From contig JAHFGO010000003.1 of the NCBI GenBank assembly GCA_023247385.1, positions 1 to 33,038 on the forward strand: a DNA stretch of 33,038 bases, written 5' to 3'. Position 1 is the stretch's first letter. Each line of letters begins with the position of its first letter. Of this stretch, positions 16,487 through 23,972 are shown piece by piece. This stretch comes from Candidatus Omnitrophota bacterium (GTDB lineage: Bacteria > Omnitrophota > Gorgyraeia > 2-01-FULL-45-10). The notes beneath the pieces are model-generated. The model was given only the letters and a program-made list of their open reading frames with translations. It was not told the DNA's origin and did no database searches. The position numbers were made by a program, and so were the translations under genes.

Positions 16487-17416
16487 TCAGCGTTGAGTGG
16501 TTTTAGTTTTAAGGCCGCGAAAATAATAACGGACAATTCCAAAAGTCATAGCCAGCCTTCCCGCAAATATCAACGGAAAATAAAAAACGACCTTTTTATC
16601 GTAAGGGTACCATGCACTTACTATCTGCGCACTTAATAAAAACGCCAATGGAAAAGAGTATATCAAACTGGATAGATGATCAAATGGCAATAGGAACCAA
16701 TAACGGTGTCTATTCAGCCTCCTTGCCGGAATCCTGTCTATGCCTGCCAAATAGAAACATTTGATAAAATCCACAAACCGTTCACGGTCATAATGTTTTA
16801 CAACAGCGTCCGTCTTAAGCGCCATCCTATATCCAGCCTTGAGCGCCCTTTCACAAAAATCCGTATCCTCGCCTGTTCTGAGGGTAATGTTAAAAGTCCC
16901 TATCTTTTCAAAGACATTCCTCTTCACGGACATATTGTTGGTGACAAGATGCGTCTTTACTCTATTGACAGAATACGGGATGTTTAGAAACCAATGGCTG
17001 TAATTGTCGGCCTTGGCCACGAGCCCATTACCGATACCCTGTATTCCTCCTCCTACTATATGGGCCAATCTATCTCTATGAGCTAAAACATGTTTTGAGA
17101 TCAACTCATTATCATCGATGAAGCAATCGCTATCTATGAAAAGAATTATATCTCCAGATGACTCTCTGATGCCGATATTCCTTGAATACGCCGACCCATG
17201 ATTATCCTCATTTCTGATAATCTTAAGGCCTTCCGTCTTCTCCAAAATCTTATGAGTTCCGTCATTCGAATCGTCATCGACCACTATGATCTCATATGAA
17301 GGATAGTCCTGAGCCATAATGCCTCTCAAGACACCCCTTATAGTCTTCTTGGAATTATAGCACGGGATGATGACGCTGACTTTAGGGAGACCGTTATCAG
17401 TTCTATTTTTTTCCAA
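16487..17416 (-). CDS. GT2 glycosyltransferase with a hydrophobic C-terminal region
   Basis: 309 aa with a TTG start 1 nt after the upstream stop. Blocks: VSVIIPCYNS, IIVVDDDSNDGT, FIDSDC, GEDTDFCERA. The C-terminal hydrophobic stretches are YWFLLPFDHLSSLIYSFPLAFLLSAQIV and VVFYFPLIFAGRLAMTFGIV. Confidence 0.8.
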   Translation of the reverse strand: MEKNRTDNGLPKVSVIIPCYNSKKTIRGVLRGIMAQDYPSYEIIVVDDDSNDGTHKILEKTEGLKIIRNEDNHGSAYSRNIGIRESSGDIILFIDSDCFIDDNELISKHVLAHRDRLAHIVGGGIQGIGNGLVAKADNYSHWFLNIPYSVNRVKTHLVTNNMSVKRNVFEKIGTFNITLRTGEDTDFCERALKAGYRMALKTDAVVKHYDRERFVDFIKCFYLAGIDRIPARRLNRHRYWFLLPFDHLSSLIYSFPLAFLLSAQIVSAWYPYDKKVVFYFPLIFAGRLAMTFGIVRYYFRGLKTKTTQR

Positions 17417-17417
17417 T

Positions 17418-18440
17418 TTATCTTAATAATTTTAAATAGGAATTCGGATTCAATAAAATATTCTCGATCATGTTGCAGTCGTGCGTGCAAAAACAATCGC
17501 CCTTCCTAACAGACGAGATAGCTCGTTTCATTTCCGCGCTATTTAATAATCCTTCCAAAGTTTTTTCCCGGATGTTTCCGATTGAGGACAGAAGCTCGCA
17601 GATAGATACGCTACCTTCGGGCCATATCACTAGATGAGAGATGCCGGCCCGACATAGAACAGGCTGCCGCCTGACTTCCAGCGCCTTCATCGTCAGTTCC
17701 CTCTTGTATGCCTGGTAATTCCTTTGGACTCTTAAAAGAATTCCCCTCCGTCCATAATCATAGGAGCGCTGAATGCGATAGATATCGCTCTCCAGCATCT
17801 TCATTCGTTCTACGGATGGCAACCGCATTGAAGGGTCGCGGCTTACGCCTCTTAGCATAAGGATAGAGTGGAAAGCAGGTCTCAATCCTCTCACGAAATG
17901 CATCAAATCTATTATCTCCTCGACATTTTTCTCGCAGAGCACCGTATTGAACTTTATCCTCATCCCATTAATCTCTTTCAACCTATTAAAAGTCTGAATG
18001 GTTCTCTCAAAGGACATGGGACATCTTATCTCATCATGCGTCCTCTGCATCCCGTCCAGCGAAAGAGTAACGATAAGTTTTCCGTCCGTATTCAGATGGA
18101 TTTTTTTAAGCATCTTCACGATCCGGTTGGTATCCCATCCATTAGTCGGTATTGACAGCTCTTTAAAATCGAACAGGGAGACTATCTCCTCAAGGTCATC
18201 CCGCAATGTTGGCTCGCCTCCGCCTATATCCAACCATATGAGATCGGAAAACTTTTTGGAAATTGTCCCGATCTCGTTGAGCGTCAACTCCTGCACTGCT
18301 TTATCTATATCGACAAAGCAGTGTCTGCATCTCATATTGCATCTGTTGGTAATATGAAGGATGAGGTGCTTAATGCTGGGTCTGAAATAAGAGAGCATTG
18401 TCTCTTTCAGCACTTTTGTGATAACGGATATGTTTTTCAT
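17418..18440 (-). CDS. Radical SAM protein with a SPASM/twitch-like C-terminal cysteine cluster
   Basis: The CxxxCxxC motif occurs in HITNRCNMRCRHCF, followed by the GGGEPTLRDD SAM-binding block. The C-terminal cysteines are CRAGISHLVIWPEGSVSIC...GDCFCTHDC. I place the start at the ATG at 18440 (MKNISV), which forms an ATGA overlap with the upstream stop. The ORF-track start at 18512 would overlap the upstream gene by 76 nt. Confidence 0.8.
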   Translation of the reverse strand: MKNISVITKVLKETMLSYFRPSIKHLILHITNRCNMRCRHCFVDIDKAVQELTLNEIGTISKKFSDLIWLDIGGGEPTLRDDLEEIVSLFDFKELSIPTNGWDTNRIVKMLKKIHLNTDGKLIVTLSLDGMQRTHDEIRCPMSFERTIQTFNRLKEINGMRIKFNTVLCEKNVEEIIDLMHFVRGLRPAFHSILMLRGVSRDPSMRLPSVERMKMLESDIYRIQRSYDYGRRGILLRVQRNYQAYKRELTMKALEVRRQPVLCRAGISHLVIWPEGSVSICELLSSIGNIREKTLEGLLNSAEMKRAISSVRKGDCFCTHDCNMIENILLNPNSYLKLLR

Positions 18441-19540
18441 ACAAAATTTATATGCATAGGTCTGGCACCTTTTGACCGTTTGAGAACGGCCTTCCCCTGT
18501 TTCAAATCCCAAAGAAATTCATTCACTTTATGCTGAAGACACAAGGTGCCGCACATGGTTCTCGGGTCGAACGAACTGGACGCGATATGATGCATGACCT
18601 CCCAGTATAATTTGCTTTTCCATATCTCTTTAAAAGGCTTATCTGCTATATTGCCGATATGGAATCTTTTATATTTTTTGTTAAATAGCATGCCGCATGG
18701 CGCAACCAACCCTGAGCCTGACATCTGCAAGATAAATGGTGGGCCATAACATTGCGAATATCTCCGCCTGCCGCCGCTTAAAATCTTAGACCATTTGACT
18801 TTTACCAAATATCCTTCGTGTGAATATCGCTCAGCCTCTCTCAAAATATCTGATAATTTAAAATACTGAGAATAATCGACTTTTAAACTCCCGGTTTCGT
18901 CATCGCTGCAATGCTTGATAACGGCGTAGTCGACGCCAAGCTCCTTACCGAGTTTGGCAAATGGAACGACCTGATCAGCGTATTGAGGCATCAATACCAT
19001 CTGTATCCCTAAGCTGACAGGAAGACTCTTTTCCTTTTTTATCCGCGCACATTCTTTTATAGTGCGGCATACTTTATGAAAGCAGTCCTCCTTGCATCCC
19101 ATGATTTCAGCATAGCGTGTCGGTTCTGCTGCTGATATATTGAATCTAAGATAGGTAAGGTTGGGCAACACCTCTTCCAGTCTATCACCAGTCAACAAAT
19201 AACCGTTCGTCCCTAATGCCATATCAAGACCGTTTGCCTTGCCTCTTAAAATTGCATCGTATAAATAAGGAGAGCATGTGCTTTCTCCGTCGCTGACAAA
19301 ACTGACGGCCCTGACCCCTATTTCAGCAGCATCATCGAGGAACCTGAATATTACGTCCCTCGTCATCTTCTTCTCGTCGTTGGCCTGCAGCTGCCCGTAA
19401 CAATATATGCATCTATAAGTGCACCGCCTCGTCAGAGCGCAATCGATTGTTATAGGCGCTATCCTCTCACCCCTTAGCCACGCTTCTATTCTGTCCTTAT
19501 GCCAGACCACTTTTTGACCGTCGAGGATCAGCTCCGCCAT
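18437..19540 (-). CDS. Radical SAM protein with a C-terminal auxiliary Cys region (paralog of 22341..23408)
   Basis: 367 aa. The ATG abuts the upstream stop (TAAATG). The CxxxCxxC motif occurs in ALTRRCTYRCIYCYG, followed by the SDGEST block. The C-terminal cysteines are QCYGPPFILQMSGSGLVAPCG and MCGTLCLQHKVNEFLWDL...HINFV. It aligns along its full length by eye with 22341..23408. Confidence 0.8.
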   Translation of the reverse strand: MAELILDGQKVVWHKDRIEAWLRGERIAPITIDCALTRRCTYRCIYCYGQLQANDEKKMTRDVIFRFLDDAAEIGVRAVSFVSDGESTCSPYLYDAILRGKANGLDMALGTNGYLLTGDRLEEVLPNLTYLRFNISAAEPTRYAEIMGCKEDCFHKVCRTIKECARIKKEKSLPVSLGIQMVLMPQYADQVVPFAKLGKELGVDYAVIKHCSDDETGSLKVDYSQYFKLSDILREAERYSHEGYLVKVKWSKILSGGRRRYSQCYGPPFILQMSGSGLVAPCGMLFNKKYKRFHIGNIADKPFKEIWKSKLYWEVMHHIASSSFDPRTMCGTLCLQHKVNEFLWDLKQGKAVLKRSKGARPMHINFV

Positions 19541-20311
19541 TTATAAATCTCCTCGCCGCCTAATAGCCGTAGAAGAATCGTCTGAGTAACGAATCTCGGC
19601 GTCTTTCTTATTCCTGAAATAAAAATCTTTCACTAGATGCAGATATCCATTTATCACATTTAACAAAGACGGGAATGTGACTGCTTTCGAAGGGCCGTGC
19701 CCTCTCGATCCAACCCGATACGGCACCTCGGCAAAAAGATATCCTTTCTTTACGGCCCTTATCAATATATCGGTTTGAAAGAAAAATCCGTTTGACCTGT
19801 AGTCCATCTCCTTTAATATGGATTTTCGATAAAGATTAGTTCCGTTGGTGTAATTGAAATTTACCAGAAAGCTGGTGTTGACAATGAATCGATAGACGAG
19901 AGAAAGCACGTTTCTGAAAAGAGGCCTTGCCGCTTTATTAAATATGAATGGTATGACTATATCTACCTGTTCAAGTAGTTTGTAATAGCGGAATATCTCA
20001 TTGGGATCGTTCTCGTTATCGCCGGGAAGCATCACTATGATATCTCCGAAGGCGCTATCAAGGCCATCCCAAAACGATGTGCCGACGCCTTTAGGCATCT
20101 CGTGGATGACCATCCGTATTCGACGATCGACTTTTGCCGCATCCCTCACCACCGTCTCTGTGTTATCGCTGCTTCCGTCATTTATGACTATGACCTCGCC
20201 ATTGATATCAAACCTACGAAAAGCATCCAGTGCATTTTTGATGGCGTCCGCAATATTCTTTTCTTCATTGAGTGCCGGCATAATAACCGACACCTCGACC
20301 TTATTTTGCAT
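19541..20311 (-). CDS. GT2 glycosyltransferase, Dpm1/ArnC-like catalytic domain without TM helices (paralog of 14282..14971)
   Basis: 256 aa with an ATG start. Blocks: VSVIMPALNEEKNI, VIVINDGSSDNTETVV, MLPGDNENDP, IVIPFIFNKAARPLFRNVLSLVY. There is no C-terminal membrane helix. Confidence 0.75.
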   Translation of the reverse strand: MQNKVEVSVIMPALNEEKNIADAIKNALDAFRRFDINGEVIVINDGSSDNTETVVRDAAKVDRRIRMVIHEMPKGVGTSFWDGLDSAFGDIIVMLPGDNENDPNEIFRYYKLLEQVDIVIPFIFNKAARPLFRNVLSLVYRFIVNTSFLVNFNYTNGTNLYRKSILKEMDYRSNGFFFQTDILIRAVKKGYLFAEVPYRVGSRGHGPSKAVTFPSLLNVINGYLHLVKDFYFRNKKDAEIRYSDDSSTAIRRRGDL

Positions 20312-21344
20312 GGATAGCTCTCTTCACGCTTGCCATAATCTCTTCCTTGCCCGGATAATATGCCTCTTCGAGAACTGGGCTGGCCGGCGTAGGCGTATCG
20401 GGCAAGCAGACTATCTCTACGGGAGCCTTCAAACAGGAAAAGGCCTTCTCGTAAACGACTGCCGCTATATGGGAGCCGAGACCTCCGGTCTTACAACCAA
20501 CATCAGCGATGACGAGCCTTCCCGTCTTTCTTAAAGAATCGAGTATCAACTCTTCATCCAATGGCTTTATTGTCCTAGGATCTACGATCTCAATATCTAT
20601 ATTCTCAGATTGCAAGGAATCCGCTGCTTTTATTGCCTCGTATACCATCTGCGAGACCGCGACCACAGTTACGTCTTTACCCTGCCTCCTTACGATACCT
20701 TTACCAACAGGAACCTTATAAACATCTGGCGGAACGTATCCAATATAATCATATACCCACCTATGTTCGATAAATATAACGGGGTTGGCGTCTTCCACTG
20801 CCGATATCAAAAGGCCTTTTGCATCATAAGGTGTAGAAGGCATAACTACCTTCAGGCCCGGAATATGGACAAATAGAGAATGCAATGCCTGAGAGTGTTG
20901 TGCAGCCGATCCCCACCCCCTCCCGATAATGCTTCTTATAACAATGGGCACATTTACCCTGCCTCCTGTCATATAATTCCATTTCGCGGCATGATTTATT
21001 ATCTGATCCATGGCCATCAGGAGAAAATCCATCCTCATGTGCACAAATATCGGCCTCATACCGCATATGGCAGCGCCTATCGCTATTCCTGTCAAAGCGT
21101 TCTCTGCTACAGGTATATCCATAACCCTGTCTTTGCCGAACTCTTTAGCTAGCCCAGCCGTGGTTCCAAATATTCCGCCTGAATCATTGACACCCTCTCC
21201 CAGTATGAAAATCCGCTTATCCTTCTTGAGCAGTGCGGATTGCGTCTCCCTTAGCGCTTCGCGATAGGTGATGCCGCGTAGGCCGTCTCTGGCAAGGGTA
21301 TTCTCAAAATCGTCTTTATTTATATATACTCTAGTCCAAGGCAT
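20301..21344 (-). CDS. ThDP-dependent 2-oxoacid dehydrogenase E1 component, beta subunit-like (transketolase Pyr and C-terminal domains)
   Basis: Blocks: ITYREALRETQSALLKKDKRIFILGEGV, VMDIPVAENALTGIAIGAAICGMRPIF, SPYDAKGLL-type PSTPYDAKGLLISAVED. I place the start at the ATG at 21344 (MPWTRV), with AGGA 7 nt upstream. The ORF-track start at 21413 adds 23 residues and a long overlap with the alpha gene. Confidence 0.8.
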   Translation of the reverse strand: MPWTRVYINKDDFENTLARDGLRGITYREALRETQSALLKKDKRIFILGEGVNDSGGIFGTTAGLAKEFGKDRVMDIPVAENALTGIAIGAAICGMRPIFVHMRMDFLLMAMDQIINHAAKWNYMTGGRVNVPIVIRSIIGRGWGSAAQHSQALHSLFVHIPGLKVVMPSTPYDAKGLLISAVEDANPVIFIEHRWVYDYIGYVPPDVYKVPVGKGIVRRQGKDVTVVAVSQMVYEAIKAADSLQSENIDIEIVDPRTIKPLDEELILDSLRKTGRLVIADVGCKTGGLGSHIAAVVYEKAFSCLKAPVEIVCLPDTPTPASPVLEEAYYPGKEEIMASVKRAIHAK

Positions 21345-22326
21345 CTTTTGATCCTGCATAATAAACGTCGTCGTACAATTCTTCTTTTGCGGGAAATGGG
21401 CTCTTTTGCGCAAATCTTACTGCATCTTCTATTTCGCAATCGACGGCTTTAACCATCTCTTCTATCCCGCTTTGGTTAATGATTTTGTTCTTAAATAGAT
21501 ATTTTTTATACGATTCCAGAGGGCATCTCTTCATCCAATCGTATAGCTCTTTCTCAGGCCGGCATCCTTTCTCATAATCGCATTCCGGCCCCACGTGCCC
21601 TTTCCATCTGTATGTTCTGCATTCGATCAATGTTGGACCCTTTCCAGCCCTTATCCTTTCGATGGCCTTCTTCGCCGACTTATATATACCGAGCACATCG
21701 TTCCCATCAACTTGAATACCGGGGATATCGTATCCCTGTGCTCTCCTGGCTATATCATCATGTGGTTGCCGGACCGCTATATGGGAGTTGGTAGCATAAA
21801 AATTATTCTCACAGACAAAGACGACAGGAAGTTTTTTGAGCGAGGCGAAATTCATGCTTTCATGAAATGTGCCTTCATCGACAGCGCCATCCCCAAAGAA
21901 GGCAACAGCTATTTTCTTCTGGCCGTTCATTTTTATAGCCAGCGCCGCACCCGTCGCCAAGGCTATACCGCTGCCGACTATCGCCGAGGTCCCTAATATT
22001 CCAACCTCTGGACTTACCAGATGCATCGACCCGCCCTTGCCGCTTGAGCAGCCACTCGACTTGCCGTAAAGTTCGGCCATTAAAAATCTAATACTTGCGC
22101 CTTTGGCAATATAATGCCCGTGATTTCTGTGCGTGCTGAAGATGATGTCTTCTTTGCACAAGAGAGCGCATACGCCGGCCGCTATGGCTTCTTGTCCAAT
22201 ATATAGATGAACTGGCGTCTTCATATCCTGTGACGGATAAAGCTCCGTTACCTTCTCTTCAAAACGCCGGATCTTGAGCATCGTATAAAATAACTGTTTT
22301 TTTACCGCGGCTTGGATCTTATTCAA
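21331..22326 (-). CDS. ThDP-dependent 2-oxoacid dehydrogenase E1 component, alpha subunit-like
   Basis: The ThDP-binding motif is GDGAVDEGTFHESMNFASLKKLPVVFVCENNFYA (GDG...NN). The N-terminal block YTMLKIRRFEEKV and HLYIGQEAIAAG are also present. I place the start at the TTG at 22326 (MNKIQAAV), 10 nt after AGGAGG and downstream of the upstream TAG stop. The ORF-track start at 22383 is also a TTG but overlaps the upstream gene by 43 nt. Confidence 0.8.
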   Translation of the reverse strand: MNKIQAAVKKQLFYTMLKIRRFEEKVTELYPSQDMKTPVHLYIGQEAIAAGVCALLCKEDIIFSTHRNHGHYIAKGASIRFLMAELYGKSSGCSSGKGGSMHLVSPEVGILGTSAIVGSGIALATGAALAIKMNGQKKIAVAFFGDGAVDEGTFHESMNFASLKKLPVVFVCENNFYATNSHIAVRQPHDDIARRAQGYDIPGIQVDGNDVLGIYKSAKKAIERIRAGKGPTLIECRTYRWKGHVGPECDYEKGCRPEKELYDWMKRCPLESYKKYLFKNKIINQSGIEEMVKAVDCEIEDAVRFAQKSPFPAKEELYDDVYYAGSKDALD

Positions 22327-22340
22327 GATCGCATGCCCTC

Positions 22341-23408
22341 CTAAATAAAATTGACGTGTTCCGGAGGATGTCTCAATTCCCAAAGATACCTGTTTATCTC
22401 ATCCATCCTGCAGTTAACCCTGCACCTATTGGCATCAAGCTTATTTCCAGCCATATTTGCTATCTTCTTTCTTCTCGGCCCGTTCCAGATTTTCTTAAAA
22501 CTATTTTTATAAATGTTTCCGTAAATAAACGACCCATCTCCCAAATATGCACTACACCCCCAAATGTTTCCTCCGGCATCGATATAGCTCCAGAAAGGAA
22601 GGGCATAACAATGCCTGTAATTTCGCTCTGCTTCATCCCATTTCTTCATGGTCTTGACGCGGAAGACGATATTAAATTTTTCATCATTCAGAGCATTCAA
22701 CTCATCTGTTAAATACAGGTACTTGCTGTAACTTATATTCTTGTATTTGCTCGTCTTGCTAAACGGATGGTGTGAATAAGGCTTCACGACCAGATAATCC
22801 ATCCCTAGGGCCTTTGCCTTCTTCGCCAGAAGCACAACCTCGCCGGCGTTTTCATCTAGTAGTAAAAGCTGCATACCAAGAGCACATTCATACTTTTTCG
22901 CCCTTTTTACGCCGACGGCATATGAGAGGTTTTCCATCACTTTGTCGAAATCGTCCGCATTTGCATTATGTATCTTTGCATATCTATCTCGGGTGGCACC
23001 GTTTATGCTCACCTTGATCCAAGAGGTGCTGCCAAGCATCTTATTGATTAGTTCTTTTTTCAATAAGACGCCGTTTGTCGTTAGGGCAACATCAATACCA
23101 AGCCTTTTCGTATAATTGATTATATCCGCTATATCCTTATGAAGCAACGGTTCCCCTTCTCCTGCATACATGATGCTCTTTATGCCTAATCCAGCCATCT
23201 CACACAGCTGCTCTTTCAGTAAAGCGGTGTCGAGAAAGATCGGTCTATATTCCAAAAAATCCAGTGCGCAGAAGGTGCAGCGGTGGTTGCATCCTCCCGA
23301 AGGCGCTATCTCAAGATATATAGGATAAACGGCATTGCCTTTCAGCCAGTCATTAACACGCTCCACATGATAAATCAATTTGTGGCTGTCTATCTTAAAT
23401 TTATCCAT
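22341..23408 (-). CDS. Radical SAM protein with a C-terminal auxiliary Cys region (paralog of 18437..19540)
   Basis: 355 aa. The ATG overlaps the upstream stop by 8 nt. The CxxxCxxC motif occurs in APSGGCNHRCTFCAL, followed by the GEGEPLL block. The C-terminal cysteines are HCYALPFWSYIDAGGNIWGCS and RCRVNCRMDEINRYLWEL...HVNFI. Confidence 0.8.
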   Translation of the reverse strand: MDKFKIDSHKLIYHVERVNDWLKGNAVYPIYLEIAPSGGCNHRCTFCALDFLEYRPIFLDTALLKEQLCEMAGLGIKSIMYAGEGEPLLHKDIADIINYTKRLGIDVALTTNGVLLKKELINKMLGSTSWIKVSINGATRDRYAKIHNANADDFDKVMENLSYAVGVKRAKKYECALGMQLLLLDENAGEVVLLAKKAKALGMDYLVVKPYSHHPFSKTSKYKNISYSKYLYLTDELNALNDEKFNIVFRVKTMKKWDEAERNYRHCYALPFWSYIDAGGNIWGCSAYLGDGSFIYGNIYKNSFKKIWNGPRRKKIANMAGNKLDANRCRVNCRMDEINRYLWELRHPPEHVNFI

Positions 23409-23970
23409 TGCGCCCCTTCTTCTCTACCACCCTGTCCACTATGCAGTGGCATACGACAAGATGTGCTATCTCCACATAGCCGTAAGAATGGGACGGCACA
23501 TAGAAATTGATATCACCTATGCCTCTCAACGGATTATTCGGTTTAAATCCGGACATCGTCACTGCGAGGCATTTATTATTCATTGCCCTCGATGCTGCCT
23601 TCAGGATATTTGTGGATGCCCCTGAGCTCGATATAGCAAATAAGATATCACCGGCGCTGGATAACATCTCAACGGGTTTCTCGAAGACATGTTCATAGCC
23701 GAGGTCGTTGGACAGGCAGGTGAGAAGGCTTGCGTCATTGAATGCGATCGCTGGAACATCAGCGTTCTTCAAAAAATCGGTCGATATGTGGCTTGCAATT
23801 GAGGCGCTGCCGCCGTTTCCGATGAAGATTATCTTGTTCGTTCTTCTATCGAGGCTAGCGATTAAACCTGTTATCTTAGATATCGCCTTATCTAATGGCA
23901 TGGTTCTTCTCTTGCCGTCGGTAACTTCTATATTGAGCAAAATATTTTTCAACTGATTAAAATAATTCAT
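23401..23970 (-). CDS. gmhA: SIS-domain sugar-phosphate isomerase, GmhA-like (sedoheptulose-7-phosphate isomerase family)
   Basis: 189 aa with an ATG start. Three blocks line up with remembered E. coli GmhA: IFIGNGGSASIASHISTDF (GmhA CGNGGSHCDAMHFAEE), AFNDASLLTCLSNDLGYEHVF ([20 protein letters not shown]) and GDILFAISSSGASTNILKA (GDVLLGISTSGNSANVIKA). Confidence 0.65.
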   Translation of the reverse strand: MNYFNQLKNILLNIEVTDGKRRTMPLDKAISKITGLIASLDRRTNKIIFIGNGGSASIASHISTDFLKNADVPAIAFNDASLLTCLSNDLGYEHVFEKPVEMLSSAGDILFAISSSGASTNILKAASRAMNNKCLAVTMSGFKPNNPLRGIGDINFYVPSHSYGYVEIAHLVVCHCIVDRVVEKKGRNG

Positions 23971-23972
23971 AT

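Noticed and set aside
20301-22383. The E1 alpha/beta genes might be a housekeeping pyruvate or acetoin dehydrogenase complex.
   Set aside because: No E2 (lipoyl acyltransferase) or E3 gene is present. The pair is translationally coupled on both sides to radical SAM and glycosyltransferase genes. A housekeeping role cannot be excluded without phylogeny, but the context argues against it.
4001-22383. A phosphonate pathway: a Fom3-like B12-radical SAM together with a split ThDP decarboxylase that resembles phosphonopyruvate decarboxylase.
   Set aside because: No PEP mutase-like ORF is present in the window. The ThDP proteins carry E1 alpha/beta-type blocks (RRFEE, ITYREAL, GDG...NN in E1 alpha context) rather than a Ppd/acetolactate-synthase-type layout. 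No aminotransferase or cytidylyltransferase arrangement typical of phosphonoglycan loci lies adjacent to them.
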